Assembly (NCBI RefSeq): GCF_009834535.1
Contig: NC_045696.1
Coordinates: 7,070,001 to 7,134,000, forward strand
Length of the DNA stretch: 64,000 nt
Source: Camelus ferus
Taxonomy: Eukaryota
Direction of reading: 5' to 3'
Shown: piece after piece, positions 38,896 through 50,940 of the stretch
How the letters are laid out: each line of letters begins with the position of its first letter
Numbering within the stretch: position 1 is the first letter of the stretch
The notes under the pieces: generated by a model
The model's input: the letters and a program-made list of their open reading frames with translations, nothing else
Told to the model about the DNA's origin: nothing
The model's database searches: none
Program-made: the position numbers and the translations under genes

Positions 38896-41109
38896 CAGAA
38901 AAGAGAAAATACAAGCTGTGAAGGAACTAGATGGGGGCTTGTGGGATTCTATGCAAACAGTCACAGGGGGTGACACACCCTTGTTTAGCCACCAAACTGG
39001 GATGGAACCATCCTCTCTAGAAATAGCCCAACTGACTGGCATCAGAGGTGAATAATCAGCAAATTCTTTTTTTTTTTCTTTTTTGATCATTTGAAAATAA
39101 CTATGATGAGGATTCTGGGAAGATTATGAGGCATATTTTAATCTCTCCCAAGTTCCCCCATCAAAACAGACCAAGCAGAGAGTGTATCAGAATCAAAGAC
39201 CTTGAACTTCTACAACGAAGTAAGTGACAAGGTATCCCAAGGTATCACAGAAGGAGCTTGTGGGGTAAATCACCAACAGCCACGAGACGCGTGTGGCTGA
39301 GGATCCGTGCAGGAGGAAAGAGAGGAATTCCAACAGGGCAGAAAACAGGAAAACCACAGCATTGCTCACCTGTATTCCCTGAAAGCACAGAGGTCCAATT
39401 TGAGAATGGTAGCATCCAATTCACAGGGGTGTACAAGGGGACCATGGGACACCATTCTGACCATGAAGGAGCAGTCGAGAAGCCCTCAAAAACACTACAC
39501 AGAACCTACCTGTCAAGGCAAACTTCACAATGAGGTGATCAGGAAGAGATGGTGCAGAGAACAGAGGTGGTACAGGAAAAAAAGAAGGGGAAGGGGTCAG
39601 AATGTCAGAGCTCAGAAAATGCGATTTTTTTTTAATCACTTTGCAGAAGCAGGAGAGGGAGCGCCACAGCCAGGAAGCTAGAAAACCTATCTTGGTGTAT
39701 CCCTCACTCCTACAAATACAGAAAAACTCACTTCACTTAAAAACAAAAACCAAAATGCAAAAGAAAATGATCATGGCCAATTCTAAAATAAAGTTAATAC
39801 AAGAAGAAAGAGGAAAAGATCATAATACTATCCTTACAGACAATGAGAGCAAAACAATGCTCAGCTGCACAGTGCAGGTGAAAATGTAACATAATATTTG
39901 AAATGAGGTGAAAGGAATTAAGAAAATGATAGATTGTATTAAGGTGTAACTTAAATCAAAATCAGAAACATTCAGAAATATAAGCTTTGAAAGGACAGGT
40001 GACAGAACACAGAACAGGGTTCAATGTATGAGGAAAAATTATCAGAAAAACTAAACTAGAAGAGACATTAAAGGCAATAAACACAACAAGTAATGGCTTA
40101 AAAGAAATAAAGTATAAACAAAATCAACATAGTGCAAAATCAAAACCAAATGAAGAGGTTCCATTTCTGTATAAGATGTAAAAGATCACAAAAGACCACC
40201 CCTACAGCGTAGCAGTGAGGAAGCACTGGATAAGCTTAAAATTGTATTTTTCTGTATAGCCATTGAAGAACTGTAGATTCAAAGAAGTCCAAACAGACTG
40301 AAATCCAGAGAAAGAAGAGCCCTTCTTCACTGAGCACAAATCAATGGCCTCTTCCATTACGGGGGGGTAAGTTGTCAAGTACAGGCGCCTGGATGGGCAG
40401 GAACACAAGTCTGCTACAGGCAGAGAAAAGCTGGGGGAACAAGGAGAAACTGAGTATTTAGCAGCTGATGTGTAGACTTGAATCTGGTGGAGTCCCAAAC
40501 GCAGAGTCAGACATCACTTTCTACCAACTCTCTCCCACAGAAATTTACTGAGCAAATGGCGGCCAGGAGGATGACACAGGAAACCAAAGAGAAATTGTGT
40601 GGGATCATGATGCTCAGATCTCACAGTCCTGCTGGAAGGACGGCGACCCCACACTCAAGATCTTTAAAACCAGAGGTGAATTAAATTAACTAGAGTGGCA
40701 ACCGCAGTCCTAATTCACCTCAACTAATGGAAAGACCAGATCCTAGTCCAAGATGCCTGACTCACCAAAGAGCAAGCACTTCCTGGGAAAAAATTACTTC
40801 TGTCAGTTTTCACTGCTTTGTTGTATTCAAACTGTAGCATTTAATTGGAAAAAAACAAAAAAAAACTAAACTAAACTAAACTAAAAGACTTGTGAATAAG
40901 CCAGAAATTAGGACCCATAAATAGGAGAAAAAGTAGTTAATAGAAACAGACCCAGGGATGACCCAGAGCTGACCATGAGCAAATAAAGATTTTAAATGTA
41001 TTTTTATATGTTAACATTTTTAGAGTGCAATATGGGCAAAACTGGTGAAAATATAAGGAATTTCAGCAGAGAAATGAAATGAGAAACTAGTTGGGTGCAG
41101 AAATGATTT

Positions 41110-42533
41110 CCAGGAATACTCCTCCTGCCCACTGTTCAATTTACCTGGTGTGGTAACATGAATACCATAATATATTTGCCGTGAGAATCTCATTTCTTTA
41201 ATCTCATAGGACAAAAAATTGCCTTCATAAGACCTAACGTTGTTAACTACTGTGATATGTTGCAATAGTTAATCCGTTTTCTTTTCAGGTTCAGTGATTG
41301 AGTATTTTAAGCACATATTATCAACTGGATTTTTCTTTGAAGAGCCTAATTATACAGAGACCTATTATAAATTCATTCAAGCCTTCTAACTTGCATATAA
41401 TAATACTATAAGGACTCTAATACATGTTTTTGAAGATTCAAGAGAGAAACCGAAACACAACAGGAATGAAAAAAAAAATTATTCAAAAAAGTTGATAAAA
41501 CCTGAATAGGCCAGTTTAGCTGCAATTTGAAAACATGTTTTGGAATGTTTCAATAAAATAAGTGAGAAATTACAGACTCGTATGAACATTTATAAAAAGT
41601 GCCTTTTTTGACACTAAAATTTGTTTAAGCACTGAGAGAAGATGCACAGAAAAATTAATAGAATATTTAAAAGGCAACAAACATGAGAAATGAACAACGG
41701 AAATCTATGCACTATTGAAAAGAGAATTTTAATGACAAAAACGTTTAGATGATTCTAACAACAGTAAATCATCAAGCCAAGGAAATAAATTTCTAATAGA
41801 AATAATGGTTTCTTGAATGATTTGGTAACCAATTAATAATGAGAAGTGAATCACAGGATCACACTGAAATAAGATTTCGATTTTTTGCTTATGTGACACT
41901 GAGGAAGATCATGTGAAACTCCTAACATGCCTCTACAACAAGGACATTGACAACCGTCAGGTTAAAGAGGGGTGTCAGTTCAGACTGTTTAAGAGTAGTC
42001 AATTACAAGCAAATTTGAAGTGCCTTGCGATCTTAAAGCTCATATGTGGAAGAAATTCAGCAGAGATGGCCCCAATCTTAAGAACAACCCTAAAACTTTA
42101 CATGACATTACCAATAACGTGTTGTTAGGTTATAATTAATTGAGTAATTAGTTGATTAGTTAATCTTTGCCGAACTGTCAATAATAAATAAGTATTGATC
42201 ACTTATGCCAGAGGAAAGACTGAATTACCAATCTATTCTCTCTTTTAAAATATATTTAAAAATTGTTGTCATATGAAGGGGAAAGCAAAAATATGCAGCT
42301 AAAAAAATACAGAGGGGATAAGAGGATGTTCTGGCAGTTAATTAATAAAATAATATGTTACTTTTCTGGACTTTTTAATGTGGGTGTTATTAAATTTATA
42401 ACTGATGGTGATTTTTCTCTCCTAAATATTCACGGTCATATCTAACTCCATATTCATTATTTAATGTTATTTGTTATTAAAATGACTCCCCCAATAATAC
42501 AAGCTTCAAGCCTCAGAAAACCTAGCTCTACCT
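41110..42533 (+). mobile_element. Zaphod-like hAT-Tip100 DNA transposon fossil with degenerate transposase C-terminus
   Basis: ORF remnant ...LKLICGRNSAEMAPILRTTLKLYMTLPITCC, then MPEERLNY in another frame (hAT dimerisation-domain pattern). The 3' end aagcttcaagcctcagaaaacctagctctacctg is Zaphod-like. Confidence 0.7.
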
Positions 42534-43529
42534 GCACAGAGTGGCCAGTCTCCCTGGGCATCGGCCACGTTCCCTGTGACAGTGGGGGTTAGGGGATGCA
42601 AGGATATACCCTTCAGGTCTTTTTAAATAAGTTAACAATATCTCATTTTTGTTTGACGGTTTTGTTTCTATGATTTGTCTTTTCCCCCTTAGGGAAGAGT
42701 TGTCAGTCATGTTAATGAGAGTGACAGCATCCCTGGGTGGGAAGCATCCTGGGGACCATTTCACCCCCCTAGAAGCAAAAGGTAATAGTTGTTCCACCAC
42801 CAAGCAGAAGGGCTCTGTGGAAAGACAGAACCAAAATCACATGCTCCCTAAAAGAAAAAAGGCAGGCTGACCAGAGATGGGGTGATAGCACCCCAGGAGA
42901 GGTTCCTACTCTTGGGGCTTCCTGCGCAGGTGGCAAGACCCAGAAGTGTGGGAAGCTGATGCTCTGTGAAGGGAAATTTGGCACTGTGAGACAGACCGGG
43001 AGAATCTAGTAGATGAGTTCTCCCTGTCTCCCTCCAGAAGGATGGTTCTGAGAAGCCACACATCCACATAGCCTGCCTGGAGGCAGTCCACAGGACCCAC
43101 CCACCAGCCTTTCTGGTGGAGCTGGGACAGGTGAGGACACACCCTCTTGTTGGCTCTCCTTCCTTCTCTGCTCAACCAGTTATTCCTCCTTCTGGCTTCT
43201 CAGGGATTTTCACACACACACACACATATACCCCCAACAAAGGGTTAGCTCATTATATCTGTTCTTTAATTTCAAAAAGGTGTATCAGGAAAACCGACCT
43301 GGAAGTCTAGATCCAAAGTTTAGTCAAATCTCCAATCACTTATTCATGGAAAGCATGATGATTCTATCATCGGAAATCAGGCCCTTCCTGTCCTCAAGGC
43401 TCAGCTGAAAATGGAAAGCAAAATGCCCAGATGTGATGAAGGCCTGGAATAAAGGCCAGAGTTACCCAGAGAGGCCAGCACCGGGGAGCATCAGATAGCA
43501 TGTGGGTGAGGTGAATTAAAGATGGAATC

Positions 43530-44790
43530 CAGGGAATGCTGTGCAAAGAGCTTTGCAAACCCGGATGTGATAGAAAAGTGAGTTCCCATCAAATGTTGAA
43601 GTTAGGCCTGGCTACAAATGACAGAAAATTGTCAAAAGCAACTTTTTCAGTACTCTGGAAATTAACCAAAGGCTGGCAACAATTTGAGGAGATTTATTCA
43701 AGAAAAATGACTGACTCTTGGTAAGAAATGTGAGCTTTGTAGCATTTTAACTCGCCCTAGGCCCATCTTCCTCTTTCCAGCTGGAGTAGTCAGGGCGTGT
43801 TCCCACCCAAAAAAGCCCCATTCCCAGACTTGGTCATTATTGTCCTGTTGGCAAGTTTCCTCAAAATCCCAGTGGCCACACATGACGAAGGAAACAGACG
43901 TGATAAATTTGGTTCAGGAAAGTTCGTAAACAAACAGCAGCTGTTGCCAACAGAGCCTGGGAGATGTGATTTCAAGAGTTTCCACAGCATATGGTTTAAT
44001 ACGTCCGGTTTTCAACAGAAAAGGTATTAGACCCATAAAGACACAGGAAATATGGCCCACATGAAAAAGAGCAGTCAGAAACTGCCCCTGAGGAAGCCCA
44101 GATGTAGCACTTACTAAATAAAGACCTTAAATCAGCTGTTATAAATAGATTCAAAGAACTAAAGGAAGCCATGTCTGAGAACCAAAGGCAAGCGTGAAAA
44201 AGAGGTCATACCAAATAGATAATATCAAGAAAGAGATAAGAATTATTTTCTTTAAATAAACAAAGTACAGTAACTGCAAAGAAAAATTTATGGGCAGGGC
44301 TCCCCAGTAGATTTGAAGACAGGTCAGTTGAGATTATGCAGGCTGAGGAAGAGAAAATGTCTTAGTTAGCTCAAGCTGCTGTAACATATACCAAAGACAG
44401 GGTGGCTCAAAGAACAGACATTCATCTCTAGCAGTTCTGGAGGCTGAAAGTCTAAGATCAGAGTGCCAGAATGGTCAAGTTCTTGGTGTGGGCTCTCTTC
44501 CTGGTCCACACAGGGCAGAGAGAGAGAGAGCTCTAGTCTCTTCATCCCTTATTAGGGTACCAATCCCATCATAAGGCTCCACCTCCATGACCTCATCCAA
44601 GCCTAATCACCTCCAAATTTCACCACATTAGGGATTACGGCTTCAACACATGAATTTGGAGGGGGAAGGGGACACGAAAATTTCAGTCCACCACAGGAAA
44701 AGAAAAAAAGAATTTTTTAAAAAATGGACAGGGTCTCAGGGAGCTGTGGGGCACCATCAAGTGTACCAACATGCAAATAATGGGCACCCT
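43530..44790 (+). mobile_element. old L1 5'/ORF1-region remnant interrupted by a MaLR LTR
   Basis: gaaactgcccctgaggaagcccagatg...ttactaaataaagaccttaaatcagctgttataaatagattcaaagaactaaaggaa; the L1 resumes after the LTR with cagggagctgtggggcaccatcaag. Confidence 0.65.
44358..44695 (-). mobile_element. MLT1/MST-type MaLR solo LTR
   Basis: tgtcttagttagctcaagctgctgtaaca...cagttctggaggctgaaagtctaagatcagagtgccag...ttcaacacatgaatttggagggg...ttcagtccaccaca. Confidence 0.8.
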
Positions 44791-46114
44791 AGGAAGGTGT
44801 TTTCTGCCACAGGACATTTGCACCTACTGCTCCTCCGCCTGAGTTGTCCTTCCCTTATCTAACAGCATGGCTCACTCACTTTCTTCTTCCAGGTCTCTGC
44901 TCAAATATCTATAGAGTCTACATGTCTACCTATCCCTCCATGGTGGTAAGTTCCAGGAAGGCTAAGAGTTTGCTGTTTCATTCCCTGTCACACTGCCAGC
45001 TGCTGGCCCAGTTCTGGCACTCTGCAGATGCTCAACAAATAGTTTTTGAATGAATCAATTCTATCAGCCATAAATATGTCTGTATGCTTTGATCCAGCAA
45101 ACTCACTCCTGGGAATTTAAGCAGATAATTAAAGAGGAGAGAAAAGTTAGGTGAACGCAAACATCCATTGCCATAGAGTCATTTGTTGAATTTCATCTTA
45201 CCCAGGGCACGGGGAAGGCTAATGATGAAAACTCAGTATATGGAGTTGGGTTTTTAGGAAAGGTTCCTCAGAAGAGAGGGTCTTGAGCAGAATCTTGAAG
45301 GAAGTAGCAGACCTGGTTTAGCAAAGAAAGACTCCAGCCGGAGACCCAGGGGGAGAAATGGATCTTGAAGAATAAAGCCTAAAGGTCAACAGTCAGCCAT
45401 TGATTCAGGGGTCCCAGGGGAGTGGAGTTTGAGGACCAGAGAGAAGTGGGCAAGGGGGCCTGGAAGTCATAGAGCACACTTAAAATTCAGCATAATTGAG
45501 CTCTTCTCTCAATAAACACTGGAGAACACCAAGATATTATTCATGTAAAGTTTGCATCTTACAAAGACTGTTTGAAAATACCTGCAAATGTGTGAAGTGT
45601 GTGAGATTGCTCTTCCAGCTCAGGAAAGTCATTCTGCAGTTCCTGGCAGATTTGTCAAACATCCTCCCACCTGGGTTTCTAATCCAGAACCAGCGCGGAT
45701 CAGCGAGGGCGGGCCCTCCTCTGGAGAACACCTCCACACCTGGTGAAGATCTGTATCAGACCATTTGGGGGTTGTCAGCGTGTTTGCAACTCTGTCAGAG
45801 AAGCTTTGAGAGTAATTGCAACAGAAAGAATGAGAAGCCATTCCTCTGGGTGAAAAAAGTCCTTAGAAAAATTCTTCAGGCAAAAACATTTAAGAACACA
45901 GTAAGAAAGACAAAATGTTCAGCACGTGGGCCTCCAAGGACATTCAGGGGGCTCTGTCCTAACTGATGAGAAAATTATTCAGGCCCACGTACATCTGAGC
46001 AGTCCTACCGACAAACAAGCCCCATTCATCTGGGCATCCGTGTGGAAGCAGGCACAGTGTTGGTCTCAGGCTGGTGTAGTGTCCGTATTCAGCTTGCCTA
46101 GAGACATAAAGTAT

Positions 46115-46428
46115 ACAGGTCCCACGTCCCTTATCTGAAACTCTTGGGATGTTTTGTGATTCAGAATGTTCTGGATCAAAAAGAGAATATGACATGCAGA
46201 AGTTACACTTCATGGCAGTGCCAGTGACATCACGTGGTACCGGTGATCAAGCACGCTGGCCTCTCTGTACAAAACAAAAACATTCGCAACAAGTGGAATA
46301 AAGACTACACAGAGCGCCAACTCAGGTCCAGGTTTTGCTGCCAAATGAGTTTGCCACCAAGCTATAGAACACTTTCTGTTTTCAGAGCCTCTGGATGCTA
46401 GGATTGTGGGTAAGGGAGGGTGGATTGT
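46115..46428. mobile_element. MER46C/Tigger-type DNA transposon remnant
   Basis: Ends ta|caggtcccacgtcccttatctgaaactcttggg and ggattgtgggtaagggagggtggattgt form degenerate terminal inverted repeats. Confidence 0.6.
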
Positions 46429-47281
46429 GGAGACAAGCTCCTTTTCCAGAAAGCCTTGAAACTGCTAAAAGGAGTGAAGGCACGTAAGGCAGCAGACAGA
46501 GCTGGGCTCAAGGACTTCAAACGCTCAGACGCCGCACCCAGACCACACACAACATTCACTCGCGACACGCGTGACCGACGGAAGGAAAGGCAATTCCGTA
46601 ACTCGTGATCACCGAGTCTTCCAGAAGTGAGGCTCACCGGGAGCACCTGCGGTTTGCCGGGAACCCAAACTGGAGGGAACAGGGTGGAGAGGCTGCTGGA
46701 GAGATGGGATTTGGCGAGAGGATGAGGATCTGCTCGGGAAAGAGGCAGACAGGAGAGCAACAGCGGGGCGTCGGCTCCGGCAGAGGAATGGGGTGGGCCC
46801 GGAAGTCAGTTTTTGTGCTGTTTTGCTTTAGGATTTGTCATTTCAGTGCTTCCTCGTCTCCTCACAAAACCGTCAGCAAACTCCACATCTCGTCAACACA
46901 CTGCCGAGCTGGATTTAACTCCATGACGCATGGAACTGACAAGACTTGCTTCAAGGTGAGCATGAGCCAAGAACAGAGCTGTCCCTGGGATCCAGCCACC
47001 CCGCACTCCAGGACACACTTGCCCACCACCTGCATCCGAGGTCAGCTACCACAGTCTTCAGCTCAGCGGGACACCCACAGCAGGAGACCCTTCCTGCAGG
47101 AAGGCTTTGAAGTGATGCTTTGGAACAGGAAGCTGTGGTATTGTTTTCCAACATAAGGATGTCTGAACGAGTTTACTGACAAGTACATGAAGGAAGTGAG
47201 GCCACTAGGTTTAAGTAACGCTGATACCAGCAGCTGATGTATCTGGCACAGTCTGAGCTCCTTACAAAGATTAACTCATTG

Positions 47282-47518
47282 GAAAGGAGGTGGGAAGGGA
47301 TAAATTGGGAGTTCAAGATTTGCAAATATTAACTGGTATACATAAAATAAACAACACGTTTCTTCCGTATAGCACAGGGAACTATATTCAATATCTTGTA
47401 CCTATAATGAAAAAGAATATGAAAACGAATATATGTATGTATATGTATGACTGAAACATTGTGCTGTACACCAGAAATTGACACAACATTGTAAACTGAT
47501 TACACTTCAATTTAAAAA
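47282..47518 (+). mobile_element. young 5'-truncated L1 inserted in a MIR
   Basis: L1 3' UTR with an A tail and a perfect 16-bp TSD, aaagattaactcattg, at 47266-47281 and 47519-47534. The MIR continues with ttacagatgaggaaactgaggcatagagaggtt. Confidence 0.92.
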
Positions 47519-49149
47519 AAAGATTAACTCATTGATCCTCAGGACAATCTCATTAGGCAGGCACCATTATACTTCTACTTTACAGATGAGGAAACTGAGG
47601 CATAGAGAGGTTTAATGACTTGGGTGAGGGTGGGTGCTGGGATTTACACCCTGGCGTCCATGTTGTTAATAATATACTAAACTCTAAGAAGAGAGGAACC
47701 GTAGAATAGAATTATTTTCTGTGAAGGCAGGACGGGGGAGAAAACACTCAGCTGTAAGTCCTTTCTAGATGTCTGCTTCTTGGATGTTGAGAAACATATG
47801 GGTGCACCCTGGATAATGACATTAAAGGAATGACCTTCTGTGGATTTCTTTAGGGTGCTGGCCAGGCCCTCAAAGTCAATATTCACTTATGTTTAATCTG
47901 TGGAAAGTGACTGCAACACTCTCTCCCCAGCATGGCATCTGGGAGACACCAGTGCACTTACTGCTGGTGTCATGTGTGCTGGCTGCCCACACGTGTGAGC
48001 GACTGCTATCCCATCACTTCAGTGTAACCCAGCAAAGCAGAGCATCCCTCCGTGTCTGAAGATCGGGGGGCTTTCAGGGCTGACCCAGAATCCAGCACCC
48101 CACCAGCATGGTGGGGGCCTCCCACCTTCACAGCAGGTACAGGTCTGCTCTACTGCATTCATCTAAACCCTGACCTTGGGGAAGAGGATCAGGACACCTC
48201 CATGCTGTCCCAACTGTCACCCCACCAATCATGGCCTAGTGGACCCTGTGGTTCCGATGTCCTTGCTCTAGAAATGCTTTTCACAACTCTGCCTAGTACT
48301 TCTCCACAAATTAAGTCTTAGATTTTTATCACTACAAACGCCAAATGTGTGGGAACCACTATGAAGCCACTCCTCCAGGTCACGGTGTTGCCAAAGCCAA
48401 AGTTTCTCACTGTAAATGAAATTTTCCTTGGGTTTTCTTCTCAACAATAATCAGTTTGATCCCATATAGATTCCTTCCAACGCAGGCTACCATCTCTAGC
48501 TCCTTGGCACTAAACCAAGGAGAGCCTGAGGGCTGAAAATATTGGCCAGAGAGCTCTCACAGAAGAGCTGTTAAAGGTTTGGAACTTTTGAACTCTGGTT
48601 TTATTTGGTTATCAGCTTTACTCAAAAGGAAAATAAAATGCCATTTTTATCGTGAAATACATTTTTATGATGCAAATGGCTTGATGGTTTCCCTCCTACG
48701 TTGGATTTTTAAACTCAAAGCCTAATTCTCTTTACATTACTACATGTGTTCCTACTTAACTTTCGTGTCATCACAGTGACTACCATTGAACACTGTGGTT
48801 TGCCTGTGCCCTTAAGTTCCATAGTGACCAGGTGGCTTTGCGCACATGATCTGAACTCTGCCCCTCCGCTGTACAGTGAAAACGATCAGACTCCTCAGTC
48901 CTAAAGAACATTTTAATTAAAATGCTAAAGGCGTGATCTACAGCAGGAGGTCTGACTCAAGCTATAAGGAATCACTGCCACTGAATGAATGAACAGTCAC
49001 CTTCAGGAGAATGGGCAAAGTTTTTGTATTCCCAGAGATTTTGACAAAATGAGTATTCAGTCATTGCAGCTCCTAATGTCACTTAGGAGAGAGATACAAC
49101 ATGTGGAATTACCAAATAACAATTCAGAACAGGATACTGATAAGCTGCA

Positions 49150-49576
49150 ATGTAGGCCCTTCAGGTTATGCTTGGGGAACGCATTCCAAGACCTCCGTGG
49201 ATGCCTGAAACCGAGGATAGCGCCTACATATAACCTATGTTTTTCCCTAAACATACACGCCTATGGTAAAGTTTCCTTTATAAATTAGGCACGGTAAGAG
49301 AATAATGTCACCACTACTCCTGTGCTCTGGGGCCATTTACTGAGAGGGCCACTAAGTGACTAACAGGTGGGACATGCCCAGTAAAATGATGATTCACACC
49401 CTGGGAGGGATGGAGCAAGGCAGCACGAGCTTCATCATGCTACTCAGAACAGAGCACAGTTTAAAACCTATGCATTGTTTATTTCTGGAATTTTCCACTT
49501 AATATTTTTGAGCCACAGTCGACCTTGGTTAACTGAACCCACAGAAAGCGAAACTGCAGATAAGGGGGAACTACTA
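49150..49576. mobile_element. MER44 (Tigger7-derived) DNA transposon
   Basis: ttccaagacctccgtggatgcctgaaaccgaggatag...ttgtttatttctggaattttccacttaatattttt...gaaagcgaaactgcagataagggggaactact. Confidence 0.75.
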
Positions 49577-49596
49577 AAGTAAATTAAAATGGAGTG

Positions 49597-50390
49597 AGAA
49601 ATGGGGGTGGGAGAGGGGGAGCTGGAGGAAGGTGGACAAAAGTGGAAAACAAAGAATGTTGCCCACCGTACAGTTCTACAAGGACTGAGTCATGAGCCAC
49701 TGCCATGCAGGACACCCTGAAAGGAATTCAGGGCAAAGATCAGGAATGAGGCATCCTGTGCTCCGGGAAAACAGGCAAAGCAGCCCCTTAGTTAGAAATA
49801 TTTCAGATGAAACTTTTTATGAACCCAGCTTCTTGCTTCTTCCCATACTTAGAAAAGCACTAAAATCATTAACTGGTATGTTCCTCATGACTAGCAGGAA
49901 CCTTCTACTGACATGTATGTTTGATTGCATGTACCCCTTTGCCAAAATCACACGTAAACTGACTTCTCCTCCCACCTCTCTGAGCTATCTGAGAGGATGT
50001 CTCCCAGGCTATAGTCCTCAGTAAGTCCCCTGAAACTGAAACTCACAGCTCTCACCTTGTGCATTTTTGGTTTTCAAGTCAACAAAAGGTACGAATTTCC
50101 AGTTATAAGATAAATAAATACTAGGGATGTAATGAACAATGTGATGACTATAGTTAACACGGATATATGGTATATTTGAAAGTTGTTAAGAGGGCAAATC
50201 CTAAGTGTTCCCATCACAGAGAGGAATTTTTTTCTTTTCTTTTTATTGTATCTATAGGAGATGACGGTGTTAACCTGTTGTGGTTATCATTTCAAAATAT
50301 ATGTAAATCAAACCATTATGCTGTACACCGTAAAATTATAAAGAATGTATGTCAATTATTTCTCAAGAAAATTAGAAAAAATAATTAAAA
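49597..50390 (+). mobile_element. L1MA-type 3' end split by an ERV LTR
   Basis: Removing 49643-50088 rejoins ggtggacaaaag|gtacgaatttccagttataagataaataaatactagggatgtaatg, which is the L1 3' UTR pattern. Confidence 0.8.
49643..50084 (+). mobile_element. ERV1-class solo LTR nested in L1
   Basis: TG...CA ends (tggaaaacaaagaatgttgcc...ttcaagtcaaca) with a 4-bp TSD, AAAG, at 49639-49642 and 50085-50088. Confidence 0.82.
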
Positions 50391-50789
50391 GGATTTTTCA
50401 AATGATGTGAAAATTATAAGCAGAAGGTACCAACGGAGAAGACTGAAGAAGTTGTGGAGAGATGGGTCATAAATGTGGTGCTAGGTAAGTATGAGCATGG
50501 TGGGCTCGGGGAAAGAGAGGAGAGAGATGGGACCAGGTAGGGTCTACATTGGAAGGCAACGAGACATAGGTTGGCTTGGGAGGCTAAGGATGAAATGTAG
50601 AGGACCGAGGAAGGTTTGGTTTGGTTTTGTTTTTCATGGAAAGAAACCCTTTGCAACTCTTCCACAAAGTAGAACAGAATAGATGTTCTTCCTCCTGATC
50701 TTTGTCTTGATATTGTTATCAAAAGTAATTTGATGTCCTTCTCCCGCTGGCCCCTGTGTCCAGCTTGTACACCTACACTATTATCAAAA

Positions 50790-50940
50790 GAAGCAATTCT
50801 CCAACCTTTTGTGTATGTGGACCCCTTGGGACCCTGTTACAGGGCAGGCTCTGATCCGGCAGGTCTGGGGAAGGGCCTGGGATCCTGCATTTCCAACAAG
50901 CTCCCAGTGACGCTATCTGAGGAGCAGACTTGGAGTAGCA
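50790..50940. mobile_element. MER5A-type hAT-Charlie element
   Basis: caggctctgatccggcaggtctggggaagggcctgggatcctgcatttccaacaagctcccagtga. Related copies lie near 52090-52250 and 59045-59235. Confidence 0.65.
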
